From an uncultured delta proteobacterium (GTDB lineage Bacteria; Desulfobacterota; Desulfobacteria; Desulfobacterales; QNYZ01): 64,000 nt of DNA. The notes below the pieces were generated by a model. It had not been told where the DNA came from, made no database searches, and was given only the letters and a program-made list of their open reading frames with translations. Position numbers and translations under genes: made by a program. Shown here one piece after another: positions 48,805 through 58,623 of this stretch. The first letter of the stretch is position 1; each line of letters starts with the position of its first letter. The stretch covers positions 960,001-1,024,000 of the forward strand of contig CAWJQU010000005.1 in assembly GCA_963845145.1 (NCBI GenBank), in the 5' to 3' direction.

Positions 48805-49221
48805 TTGTATGGTTTTGAAGCCATCTCGGCCCATAATGGTTGGGCCATGGCCCTGGCCGGTGCACTGATTGTTTTTTCCGGATTGGTCATTCTTTCTACA
48901 GTGATTTCGCAACTACACAAGGTGCTCGGTTTTTTTGAAGGCGGAATCAAGCGCACTAAAAACAATAGTGCGACGCCTGCGGATCAGGTGGCATCAGACC
49001 CGCCTACGCAGGACAAGGAATATCGTTTTCTCGACAATGTAATACAGGTAATCGATGATTATAAAGTTGCCTCCGAAACGCTGGGCGAACCTTTCGCATT
49101 GACGGAACTTTACCGGCTTGCCGGGGAGATGGACGCTCCCCACCCCCACCTTACGATTTCCTATTTGAGACAACATCAATATCTAGTACCGACGGGAGAC
49201 GGGTTGTTCTCCTGGCGTTAA
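48805..49221 (+). CDS. OadG/MmdD family Na+-pump decarboxylase small subunit
   Basis: Single N-terminal TM (GALIVFSGLVIL), GGAGG RBS, directly before the beta subunit. Confidence 0.75.
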   Translation: MYGFEAISAHNGWAMALAGALIVFSGLVILSTVISQLHKVLGFFEGGIKRTKNNSATPADQVASDPPTQDKEYRFLDNVIQVIDDYKVASETLGEPFALTELYRLAGEMDAPHPHLTISYLRQHQYLVPTGDGLFSWR

Positions 49222-49259
49222 AACACGCTCGTATACGAATTAAAAGAGGTAGGGTTTAA

Positions 49260-50390
49260 ATGGAGATGCTTTTTCAATTTTTATCGACCACCGGATATTA
49301 TCTTGCCGATTATCGCCACATCGTTATGTTGATTGTGGGGTGTATTTTTGTCTATCTGGGTACGGCCAAGAGCTATGAACCGCTTTTGTTGATTCCCATC
49401 GGTTTCGGTGTTATCGTCGGCAACGTCCCGTTTTTTAAAGGGTTTGGCCTGGGTGTTTATGAGCCGGGAAGTGTATTGAACTACCTCTACTTCGGTGTTC
49501 GCACCGGGTTATATCCATCGATTGTCTTTTTGGGTTTGGGCGCCATGACCGATTTTTCGTCCTTGTTGGCAAAGCCCAAACTGATGCTGCTTGGCGCTGC
49601 TGCCCAGATGGGCATCTATTTTACCCTGCTTAGCGCACTGTTTTTGGGGTTTTTGCCCAAAGAAGCTTCATCTATTGCCATTATCGGTGGTGCCGATGGC
49701 CCCACATCAATCTTTTTGACAGCCAAACTGGCCCCGCATCTGATCGGCCCTGTGGCCATAGCGGCCTATTCATACATGGCCCTGATTCCTGTGATTCAGC
49801 CCCCCATCATGCGCTTGTTGACAACGAAGGCCGAACGCCGGATTCGAATGACCGAGCCGACCCGGGAAGTCACCCGCAAAGAGCGCGTGGTTTTTCCAAT
49901 TGCCGGAGTCATACTTTGCTGTTTTTTGGCACCGGCATCGATTCCATTGTTGGGGCCCTTTTTCTTTGGTAATTTTCTCAAGGAATGCGGGGTGACCAAT
50001 CGACTGGCTCAGACTGCTCGGACGTCAATCATTGATACCGCCACGATTTTTCTCGGTTTTGAGGTGGGTGCCAGCACCCAGGGGGATGTTTTTCTTACCG
50101 CCAAATCGGTGGGAATCTTTTTTCTGGGAGCCGTCGCTTTTTCCATTGCCACAGGGTCAGGGGTGCTTTTCGCAAAAATCATGAACCTTTTTTCAAAAGA
50201 AAAAATCAATCCTTTGTTGGGAGCCTCAGGCGTTTCAGCTGTTCCCGGTTCAGCCCGTGAAGTTCATCTGATGGGCCTTAAAGCCGATCCGAGCAACTAC
50301 CTTCTGATGCATGCAATGGCTTGCAACTCATCTGGTGTCATCGGTTCGGCCATTTGTGCCGGCATTCTTTGGAGTTTTAACGCCGGATAA
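49260..50390 (+). CDS. oadB: Na+-translocating decarboxylase beta subunit (OadB/MmdB/GcdB)
   Basis: YEPLLLIPIGFG, GAMTDF, IIGGADGPT, AAYSYMAL, GVSAVP. Confidence 0.93.
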   Translation: MEMLFQFLSTTGYYLADYRHIVMLIVGCIFVYLGTAKSYEPLLLIPIGFGVIVGNVPFFKGFGLGVYEPGSVLNYLYFGVRTGLYPSIVFLGLGAMTDFSSLLAKPKLMLLGAAAQMGIYFTLLSALFLGFLPKEASSIAIIGGADGPTSIFLTAKLAPHLIGPVAIAAYSYMALIPVIQPPIMRLLTTKAERRIRMTEPTREVTRKERVVFPIAGVILCCFLAPASIPLLGPFFFGNFLKECGVTNRLAQTARTSIIDTATIFLGFEVGASTQGDVFLTAKSVGIFFLGAVAFSIATGSGVLFAKIMNLFSKEKINPLLGASGVSAVPGSAREVHLMGLKADPSNYLLMHAMACNSSGVIGSAICAGILWSFNAG

Positions 50391-50411
50391 AATGGGGCCA
50401 AAGTTGTACTA

Positions 50412-50578
50412 AGGGTTCGTGTAAAAATAAGTTAACAGTTTTAGGTGTTGAGGCGCGCGCCTGACAAGGCGTGAAAGTGCAGGAATATCGAGATATTTCT
50501 AGCTTTCGCAACGTCGCCAGGCGGGATGCATCACGATGCATCGGCGCTTAAAATGTGAAATGTTTTTACGGGAGCCCT
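50412..50578. mobile_element. MITE/REP-like non-coding element forming a long hairpin
   Basis: Imperfect terminal IRs AGGGTTCGTGTAAAAA...TTTTTACGGGAGCCCT with nested internal stems; no ORF. Confidence 0.6.
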
Positions 50579-51036
50579 GAGGTCCGGGTCCGGCTAAAGA
50601 AATTACCTTCAACCCATTGGGTGATCATCCACACCAATCCATCAGGACCAACAACATTAGAATCAAGTTGTCCATATACTAGGATTCGACAGGCGACAGA
50701 GATGGTTGCGTGCTATCGATAATCCCTGGTCACCGCCGAACCATCCCACCACAAATATTCGATTTGGCTAAATTGTTTTAACCTGCATCGCACAGTGATT
50801 CCTTGATAAACGAAATTCGGTAGTAGCTTGTGTTAAATACACCAGCCTAAAACAACGATCCTACAAACCAGTGATATTCAGTAAGAAATACATGTTGGGG
50901 AAAGATCTCTCCCCGCAGGTGCCCGCGCATACACTATACAGGATTGCTTTTCCACAGGACGGGGCCAACGAATGGATTTTGAAAAATAAATGGCAAAAAA
51001 GGGATGCGTTTTAAAATGGGGAAGCGAATAAACCAA

Positions 51037-51067
51037 AAACAGGCGCCGGATCTACCGGCACCTGTTT
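51037..51067 (-). terminator. Rho-independent terminator
   Basis: Minus strand AAACAGGTGCCGG-TAGAT-CCGGCGCCTGTTT followed by TT. Confidence 0.75.
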
Positions 51068-51098
51068 GATTGATTGATTTGAAAATAAATCGTGCTAA

Positions 51099-51947
51099 TT
51101 ACATAACACGTTCGATTTTTTTGGCATCGCCTTCACCCAACTGGACGGCCTTCTTTTGGGATAGCTTAAAGACCATATTGGCGGTTTGATCGCCCACCCA
51201 GATAATACCATCGACCCACTCAAGAGATCCGGGCCGGGTTAATTGTTTGGGAAGGTCCAGTTTTTCGTTAGTCATACCTGCGTCAAGATTCATTTTTACC
51301 AACTGCGGATTGACCGAATGGGTTTGGGAGCGTCGGACAGCCTCCATTCCGACAACCCATAATCCTCCCTGTCCGTCCCATGCCAAACCTGATGGGTATC
51401 GAATCGGGGATCGGTATGTTTCCAGAATGGTTCCATCCGTTGTGGTTATTTTGTAGATCGCGCCTTCCTTTTCATCGGCAACCCAAAGATTCTCTCCATC
51501 GTAGGTCATACCGCTGGGCGTCGGGCCGGGAGACGGAAATGAGTTCAGTTCCGTGTGATTGTAGTCCACCTTTATGATGGCCTGATTGGCCTGGTCGGCT
51601 ATCCACAGATACCCATATTCACAGCAATCCCCCTCCCAGGCCATTCCGCAAACCGAGATCTCCGCCATCGATTGATTCGGATACTGGCCGTGCAGGTAGT
51701 AATTGGGGGCATCCATCTTATCATTGGCGATAGCGATCCACTGGGTTTTGATGTTTCGAGCGGTAACAACTTGATTCAATGCGCCGAGAACAAGATCACG
51801 GCCATCCCAGGCGAGCGCACGAGGGCCGACACTGGATTCATTCTCAAAAGGTTTGAACAGCGTTGTTTTGAATTGTTGCGGGCTACAGGCGGTGAGAGCG
51901 ATGACACTGATCAGTAGTGATAATAAAAGGACCGTTTTCCCTTTCAT
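51099..51947 (-). CDS. Lipoprotein with beta-propeller repeats (glutaminyl cyclase/YncE-like)
   Basis: Lipobox LTAC; about five G(L/M)(A/T)(W/Y)DG..LW repeats; GGAGG RBS before ATG 51947. Confidence 0.7.
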   Translation of the reverse strand: MKGKTVLLLSLLISVIALTACSPQQFKTTLFKPFENESSVGPRALAWDGRDLVLGALNQVVTARNIKTQWIAIANDKMDAPNYYLHGQYPNQSMAEISVCGMAWEGDCCEYGYLWIADQANQAIIKVDYNHTELNSFPSPGPTPSGMTYDGENLWVADEKEGAIYKITTTDGTILETYRSPIRYPSGLAWDGQGGLWVVGMEAVRRSQTHSVNPQLVKMNLDAGMTNEKLDLPKQLTRPGSLEWVDGIIWVGDQTANMVFKLSQKKAVQLGEGDAKKIERVM

Positions 51948-51959
51948 GGATACCTCCAA

Positions 51960-52740
51960 AACATGGTCGATTAGATTTCGATGTCACAATTAGAATAATT
52001 CTTTTGATTTGTCAAATCAGTTGTTTCCATGTCGACGATTTAAGATAAAGTGATTTTACACAAAACTAAACTGATATCTCAAATTAACTTTAGATAAAAT
52101 ATTTTTCTTCTGTAATTTGGTGTAATCTCAATGAAAGGCTTTTTTACAATGCAAGTAAAATATTAAGCCGATATGCAATAGCCACTGCTTGAGCTTTTTA
52201 GATACCGTTTAATTTTATTTTCCCGGCTCTTGCTTTAACTAAAAAATATGAAGCAAATAAAGTACCAAAAATTACAATTGGTGCACCTTTCTTGTGTTAA
52301 CGAATGATGTTTTATGCGTCTAATGAAATTTAAATACCATATGATGTAGTAATTAAACAAAGAACAACAATATAATGTGTGAAAAAATATACCATTATTG
52401 ATAAGTAAATTTATTGAAATTGACAATGATTCGTATAATATTTTTTAATATTATGGCCAGAGCGAAGTTTCTCCTTCATATAGTAACGTTCGTTACAAAA
52501 AAATTTCCCGTAATTACAAATTTGTTATTGAATTACTAAAAAGTGATCTCACCCCGGTGAATTGGTCTTATGGAATTTCGCGGGGTAAATATCCAATCTG
52601 ATACAGAATCAGAGAGTCAGGTGGGCGATATTACTTTGAATTAAATGGCGCAACCTTTCATATGGCCTGCCATATTTGGTTGGAGACCATCGCCAGATCA
52701 GGACAATTTTAATGATAACTTGATTTTGTTGGATAATTGC
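51960..52740. other. AT-rich non-coding region
   Basis: Visibly A/T-rich relative to the flanks, strongest around 51980-52560; no credible ORF. Confidence 0.7.
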
Positions 52741-53097
52741 CTAAGACAAATCATCGTGTCCCTCTTTCTTCAGCAGCTCTTGATACCAGCATGAAAAATC
52801 GTACATACCCTTGAAATAGGCCTCATCATTTACAATGCCCAGTGCCAATTCTAGCGCACCACGACCATAAGCATTTTCGTAATCATCCCCGGATCGGGAG
52901 GCGAGAAACTCACGGATAAGCATCTGCGTGGTACGACGGGTTTTATCTCGGCGGATATCAATGGGATCCTTGGGGGCTTCAAAGGGATCCCATTTTTCGT
53001 ACCCCTTTTTTAAAATGCGTTTTTGATAGCGGGGTGCCATGGCATCGAAAACCCCTTTTTTTCGCCTTTCAGCCTCTTCCCGTGTGATGGGATTCAT
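52741..53097 (-). CDS. Hypothetical protein
   Basis: 118-aa ORF overlapping the upstream stop (ATGA); protein-like composition. Confidence 0.7.
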   Translation of the reverse strand: MNPITREEAERRKKGVFDAMAPRYQKRILKKGYEKWDPFEAPKDPIDIRRDKTRRTTQMLIREFLASRSGDDYENAYGRGALELALGIVNDEAYFKGMYDFSCWYQELLKKEGHDDLS

Positions 53098-53792
53098 CTC
53101 GCCCCCGGTTTTTTTCTTCGCGGCAACGGCTCCGGCTCTTTTTCGGGCCCGATACCCAGATAGGTCTCATCATAATCGGTTAAGATGGCCATGGAAACGG
53201 GAACCAGGAGCTCACCCATACGCTGATGGCGGGATTGTAACTCCCTCACCAGGCGCGTAGAGAGGCCGTACATGGCATGGGTTAGCTTGTCCAGGTTGAC
53301 GGTTGGATACGAGACGCCGGGTTCAAAATCGGAAACACCGCAGGTGCGACCTTTTCCACCGATGGCCAGGGGGATTCCGTATAGCCTGCAGACAATTGGG
53401 CGGGCTTCATACAAATCGCATCGTTTGGCGTCGTTTAGGAGGGGGCATCGAATACGTAGGCGGCCCATACTCTCAATGATCGTTTCTTCGTTTTCGCCCG
53501 CTTCTGCCTGCTTTGCGGCTTTTCGCTTAATGCGGTAAAGCTGGCGATCTGTTTGGTTAGCCTTTTCGATGATTACGGCCTTCTGTTCGTCGCGAATTTG
53601 TTGGTGGAACTGATGGTTCAGGTAGAGTGCCTCTATAAAGGTCAAGTCGAAGACGGCATAGCAGCAACCATCGCAACCCGAACGGCATTTTACCTCTTTG
53701 GGGTATTCCCCGCTTACCTTTTTAAAAACGGCGTCGGTTGTGGCCCGCAACGCCTCATATTCTTTGAAAAACGGTGTAAAATCAAAATCCAT
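53094..53792 (-). CDS. YkgJ family cysteine-cluster protein
   Basis: CRSGCDGCC, CPLL....CDLYEARPIVCR; AAGGAG RBS fits ATG 53792. Confidence 0.85.
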   Translation of the reverse strand: MDFDFTPFFKEYEALRATTDAVFKKVSGEYPKEVKCRSGCDGCCYAVFDLTFIEALYLNHQFHQQIRDEQKAVIIEKANQTDRQLYRIKRKAAKQAEAGENEETIIESMGRLRIRCPLLNDAKRCDLYEARPIVCRLYGIPLAIGGKGRTCGVSDFEPGVSYPTVNLDKLTHAMYGLSTRLVRELQSRHQRMGELLVPVSMAILTDYDETYLGIGPEKEPEPLPRRKKPGAR

Positions 53793-53818
53793 TTTGAACA
53801 TCTCCTTATATTGGGTCG

Positions 53819-53834
53819 TGTTTCACGTGAAACA
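53819..53834. other. parS: parS centromere site
   Basis: Perfect TGTTTCACGTGAAACA palindrome. Confidence 0.9.
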
Positions 53835-54007
53835 TCGGAAGTGATCGAGTTTAAGGCCGGGGCGGGTTGGATGGCGCTGCAATATAACCAAAAGACACGG
53901 TGAGCTGTTAAAAAAGTGACCCGTTCTCGGTCGAATTGATAAAATCGGTATTAGATTTGCCGGATCCGCTCGGGCCCCCTGCTTAATGTTTCAATGGTTC
54001 ATATCCG

Positions 54008-54023
54008 TGTTTCACGTGAAACA
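54008..54023. other. parS: parS centromere site
   Basis: Second perfect TGTTTCACGTGAAACA, 189 bp from the first. Confidence 0.9.
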
Positions 54024-54052
54024 TCTTATCATGGCACACGTCAATTGTCGAT

Positions 54053-55447
54053 CTACTTTCCGATACAAAATCGGCTGAAAATCTGGTCGATCACTGTGTT
54101 TGCGATCGTTTCGCCGGTTATAAGTCCGAGGGCATCGATGGCCTCACTGGCATCAATGGCTGATATTTCCAAAGGTACGCCGCCCTCGAGTCCCTTGATT
54201 AATTTTAAAGAGGCGGTTTTTGCACGTTCGATAGCCCCCTTCTGCCGCAGGTTTGGTACTATCGGGTTTTCATTAAGTACGTCATCTACCTGACTAACAG
54301 ATCGGAGAATAGCTTTCTCCAAAGCATCAATGCCGATCTGTTTTAGCGCCGACACTTCGATAACGGGCCTTGCCTCCCATTCATGTGGGAGCGATATGAC
54401 CTTTTTGCCGGCCAGAAGGTCAATTTTGTTTTTAACAATCAAGACATTTTTATTTTTGATTTGGTTGAAAATACGCAAATCATTGCCTTGCGGACCTTTC
54501 GTTGCATCGAGCATAAATAAAATAAGGTCCGCCTCTTCAATACAATCTCGCGTTTTCCTGATTCCGATTTTTTCAATCGAATCGCCGTTCTCTCTCAAAC
54601 CCGCCGTATCCACCACCAAGATAGGGATCCCTTTAATCGTTACGGATTCCTCGATAAGATCGCGTGTGGTTCCTGGAATGTCGGTGACGATGGCACGGTC
54701 TTTTTTAATCAGCCAGTTTAGCAGGCTGGATTTGCCTACATTGGGCTTTCCCACTACCGCCATTTTCAGCCCATCGCGAAATAGATGTGCGCGCCTGTAC
54801 TGGTCTATCAATGTGTCCAAGGGCTTTACAACCGTTTGGTGCAGGTGCGAGGGAAGGGTGTCGTTGACAATATCCCCATCCAAATCCTCGATAAAGTCGA
54901 TGGCCGTTTCAATTTGCGCGAGGCATTGGGTCAATACCCTGCGAATAGAGCGAACCTGTTGCTGCATGCGGCCGGTCATTTGAGCCATCGCTATTTGAAG
55001 CCCCTGCCGGGATTGCGCAGCAATGGTATCCATAACCCCTTCAGCCTGGCTCAAATCGATACGCCCGTTTAAAAAGGCACGTTTGGTGAATTCTCCGGGT
55101 TCGGCGTGCCGGACATTTTGAGAGAGGACCATTGATAGAATACGTCGGAGAACGGCTATACCTGAATGGGCTTGAATTTCGACGATATCTTCACAGGTAT
55201 AAGAATGCGGCGCCTGCATAAATGTCAACAGTACCTCGTCGATCTGGTCATTACTTTGTGGATCGACAATGCAACCATGATACAGGTGGTGAGACAACAG
55301 CTTTAAATCTGCTCCGGGAAGACCGGGTCGACTGGGCCGGAATAAAGCGTGTGCCACAGCAAGGGCACGCGGGCCGGATATTTTGATAATGCCGATGCCC
55401 CCGTGTCCAATGGGTGTGGCAATGGCGGCGATGGTTAGGCGATCCAT
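54053..55447 (-). CDS. mnmE: tRNA modification GTPase MnmE
   Basis: TIAAIATP, GEFTKRAFLNG, GKPNVGKSS, GTTRD, DTAG, NKID, FCIGK. ATG 55447. Confidence 0.97.
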   Translation of the reverse strand: MDRLTIAAIATPIGHGGIGIIKISGPRALAVAHALFRPSRPGLPGADLKLLSHHLYHGCIVDPQSNDQIDEVLLTFMQAPHSYTCEDIVEIQAHSGIAVLRRILSMVLSQNVRHAEPGEFTKRAFLNGRIDLSQAEGVMDTIAAQSRQGLQIAMAQMTGRMQQQVRSIRRVLTQCLAQIETAIDFIEDLDGDIVNDTLPSHLHQTVVKPLDTLIDQYRRAHLFRDGLKMAVVGKPNVGKSSLLNWLIKKDRAIVTDIPGTTRDLIEESVTIKGIPILVVDTAGLRENGDSIEKIGIRKTRDCIEEADLILFMLDATKGPQGNDLRIFNQIKNKNVLIVKNKIDLLAGKKVISLPHEWEARPVIEVSALKQIGIDALEKAILRSVSQVDDVLNENPIVPNLRQKGAIERAKTASLKLIKGLEGGVPLEISAIDASEAIDALGLITGETIANTVIDQIFSRFCIGK

Positions 55448-55570
55448 GATTTTTCGCAAAGCTTGGTTGAGCAATCTCGGGTTTGGGTTGGTCGCGGGGC
55501 TGACATCAAGCCAGCAACCCCGTGAATGAAACATTTTAGATAATTATCAATGTAATTGCGACGATCGCAA

Positions 55571-56424
55571 TTATTGATTGTTTTTTCTGGAATCGGCCTG
55601 ACGCTTACGGGGAGTCCGTTTGTTTCGTTTTTTAGGGTAGATCGTAAGTTTGCGGACAACGCCCTGCCCGTTGCTCTGGGTTCGGACGAGTGTATTCGAT
55701 TTTAAGGTCATATGAACCACACGTCGGTCTTGGGGGCTTAAGGGGCCGATGGTAACCGGCCGACCGTTGTGAGTGGCCTTGTCTGCCATCCGTTTGGCCT
55801 GGTCAATCAGCGCTTCTTTCCGTTTGGCCTGATATTTGGCCACATCCACTTCAACCAGAAAGCGCTGATCCCTTGTACGATTCAATGCCCTCTCGGTTAA
55901 AAATTGTAACGCCTCAAGCGTCTGGCCATGTTTTCCGATGAGAAGCGCGGAATTTCCACCGGCGACATCATAGGCAATCTTTCTGTTTTTCGCCGTGCTG
56001 GTAATCGTTGTATCCGATGTGATGACGTCCACAAGGTGCTGCAGAAATGTCCGACCGAATTCGACCGTTTCGTCGATATCGTTTGGTTCATCGTTTTCCA
56101 AAGGGGGTGAACCATCAGGCTTTGTTTCCGAATCAAAGACGGGCTTTGGGTCAATCGGCGTTTGGGGCTCCGTCAGTCTTCTGAGTCACGTCTTCCGGTG
56201 TCATTTCTACCGGGTCCAATGTCTCCGAACCGTTTGCGCCGTTATCAGTGGCTGGCAGGGTGACCAGAATTTTCGCTTTACGGGAGCCAACCAGGCCAAA
56301 AATACCCGACGATCCATGCGAAATAATTTTATAATTCTAAATTGGCGGTTTTCAGCTTTAATTCGCGGCATGCTTTCGCGACCGCTTTTTTTACACTTTT
56401 TTCTTCGAATTCGCGTTTCGGCAC
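55571..56424 (-). pseudogene. jag: Jag/KhpB (EloR) RNA-binding protein interrupted by two frameshifts (pseudogene or sequence error)
   Basis: GTG 56424 after a GGGAG RBS gives MPKREFEEKSVKKAVAKAC...NLE. Jag_N continues in a second frame (YKIISHGSSGIFGLVG). KH (LIGKHGQTL) and R3H (RRVVH) are in the third frame. Located between yidC and mnmE. Confidence 0.82.
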
Positions 56425-56451
56425 GATGGTTCTCCCTGCTATAATATCACG

Positions 56452-58134
56452 CTATTTCTTCTTACCTTGGATAACATATTGTTGCGCAATGGAAAAAACA
56501 TTATTTACCAGCCAGTAGAGGACGAGACCGGAAGAGAAATTGATAAAGATAAAGGTAAAAAAGATCGGCATTAGCATCATCAACTTTGCCTGGGTGGGAT
56601 CGCCCATGGCCGGTTGTAATTTTTGTTGTAAAAACATGGATGCGCCCATGACGAGTGTCAATACCGGAATTCCATAAGGCGGCTGCATGAACGGAATTGA
56701 GAAGCCCAAGTCGAAGAGTCGATCCGGAGCGGAAAGATCATTGATCCATCCGAAAAATGGGGCGTGTCGAAGCTCAATCGCCTCATAAAGCATGCGATAC
56801 AAAGCAAAGAAGACGGGGATTTGAACCACCATTGGCAAGCATCCCCCCATTGGATTAACTTTGTATGCTCGATAGAGCGCCATAACCTCTTCGTTCATTT
56901 TTTTCTTGTCGTTTTTGTATTTTTCCCGGATTTCGGTCATGAGTGGCTGAATTTTTTTCATTTCCGCCATGGATTTATAGCTTTTTTGACCCAGGGGCCA
57001 AAGAATGATTTTGGTGAGAAGCGTTAAGAGAATGATGGCAATACCGTAATTGGCAATCAGGTTGTCGTGGATGAAATTCATGACCCACAAGCATGGTTTG
57101 GCCAAAATATCAAAAAACCCGAAATAAACGGCTTTGTGAAGGTCATTGCCGTATTGTCGAAGAAGTTTAAGGCTTTTGGGCCCAAAAAAGAGCTGATATT
57201 CATATGATTGCATTGCCCCCGGATTAATTGTGGTGGCCGGTGCAACGAGTTGATTGCGTATCAGCCCGGGATCTTCCGTCGCCAAGCGCATGGTATAATT
57301 TTCCTGAACTTTCGGCATTATTCCGGCGAGAAAATAGCGATCCTGTACGCCAACCCACTTGATGGTCCCTGGAAACGTATTCTCATCGGCGATCTTTTTC
57401 TTTTTAACCTGTTTAAGGCTGTCATTTATGTACCCGCTGGGCCCAGTAAAACCATAACCTGCATTATCATCGGCGTCGTATTTTACTAAAGAGACCGCCG
57501 GTTGCTGCGATAGCGGGAGTGCGCTCTGATTGCTGAGGGTAACCCTGAAATCGACCAGATAGGTGTCCGGAGAAAAGGAATAAATTTTTTGAATGAGGAT
57601 GCCGGCGACCGTTTTTTGTGTAAAGGTGAGGGATCTTGCACCTTGATTGACCGTCATATTATCGGTTGCGGCATCGCTTTGATACTTACCCGTCTCCGCC
57701 ATGGGGTCACGGGCTTCGGTCAAGTTAAGTCGAATCGTGCCAAAGGTATTCTCTTTGGACATAAGCTGTTTGAAGGGCGCATCCGCCGCGACAGCTTCCC
57801 GATAGTTTTTTAAGGTAAAGCCGATAATATTACCACCTTGCTCGGAGAGCTCGGCAATATAAAGGGGGGTTTCCACCGTAATCTTTCGGGCGGGTGTCGT
57901 GTTGTCCTGGATTTGTTGGCCCGGCTGGGCAATCGGCTGGTTTTGAGCCGTTTCGACTGGAAGAGGTGCCTGTGCCGGCGTGGGTGAAATGGGTTTGTCG
58001 ATTGATCCTTGTTCGATTGCTTGCTGTTGCTGGGTCTGTTGTTGAATTGCATCACGATCAACAAAGAAAAAGTCCCACGCAAGAAATACGATCAATGATA
58101 GAGTGATGGCCAAGAACACGCGCCCCTGTTCCAT
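56452..58134 (-). CDS. yidC: Membrane protein insertase YidC
   Basis: NYGIAIILLT, NPMGGCLP, WINDLSAPD, GLVLYW; synteny. Confidence 0.97.
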   Translation of the reverse strand: MEQGRVFLAITLSLIVFLAWDFFFVDRDAIQQQTQQQQAIEQGSIDKPISPTPAQAPLPVETAQNQPIAQPGQQIQDNTTPARKITVETPLYIAELSEQGGNIIGFTLKNYREAVAADAPFKQLMSKENTFGTIRLNLTEARDPMAETGKYQSDAATDNMTVNQGARSLTFTQKTVAGILIQKIYSFSPDTYLVDFRVTLSNQSALPLSQQPAVSLVKYDADDNAGYGFTGPSGYINDSLKQVKKKKIADENTFPGTIKWVGVQDRYFLAGIMPKVQENYTMRLATEDPGLIRNQLVAPATTINPGAMQSYEYQLFFGPKSLKLLRQYGNDLHKAVYFGFFDILAKPCLWVMNFIHDNLIANYGIAIILLTLLTKIILWPLGQKSYKSMAEMKKIQPLMTEIREKYKNDKKKMNEEVMALYRAYKVNPMGGCLPMVVQIPVFFALYRMLYEAIELRHAPFFGWINDLSAPDRLFDLGFSIPFMQPPYGIPVLTLVMGASMFLQQKLQPAMGDPTQAKLMMLMPIFFTFIFINFSSGLVLYWLVNNVFSIAQQYVIQGKKK

Positions 58135-58170
58135 ATCAAACTCCTGGCATTAAAAACCGAAAAATGAATG

Positions 58171-58229
58171 TTTAAGCCCCTTGCAACGGGCTGCCGACTA
58201 ATGAGGGCGCCGATTGCAAGGGGCTTAAA
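58171..58229. repeat. 16-bp perfect inverted repeat between yidD and yidC
   Basis: TTTAAGCCCCTTGCAA-N27-TTGCAAGGGGCTTAAA. Confidence 0.8.
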
Positions 58230-58398
58230 AGCCCTAATAAGTATTGAATCCTTCGTGTATCATGTTTTTTTCATGTCGGAACGAATGCTGATTTGCGGTA
58301 ATTTCCGCTTCGGGTCAATGAATAAAACATCTGGTGGGATTGAATGTTCCCGGAATGAAAGGCCCTGGCAATTTTTGTGGAATTGCACATTGATACCA

Positions 58399-58623
58399 TT
58401 AGGGAACCGGGTCTACGCCACCGGGATGAAACGGATGACATTTTAAAATTCGCCCGATCGCTAGGCAAGCGCCTTTGATTAAACCGTATTGCCTAAGGGC
58501 CTGATATGCATATTCCGAACAGCTGGGAGAAAATCGGCAGGTGGCCCCAAGCAACGGTGATATCAGGTATTGATAAAATCGAATCGCCGCCAGAAACGGC
58601 ATAGAAATAATATGCCTCATCAT
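58399..58623 (-). CDS. yidD: Membrane protein insertion efficiency factor YidD
   Basis: [34 protein letters not shown]. Confidence 0.95.
   Translation of the reverse strand: MMRHIISMPFLAAIRFYQYLISPLLGATCRFSPSCSEYAYQALRQYGLIKGACLAIGRILKCHPFHPGGVDPVP

Noticed and set aside
52235..52426. 63-aa ORF in the AT-rich tract
   Set aside because: Composition (F/Y/I/N-rich) reflects AT bias; TTG start with no RBS.
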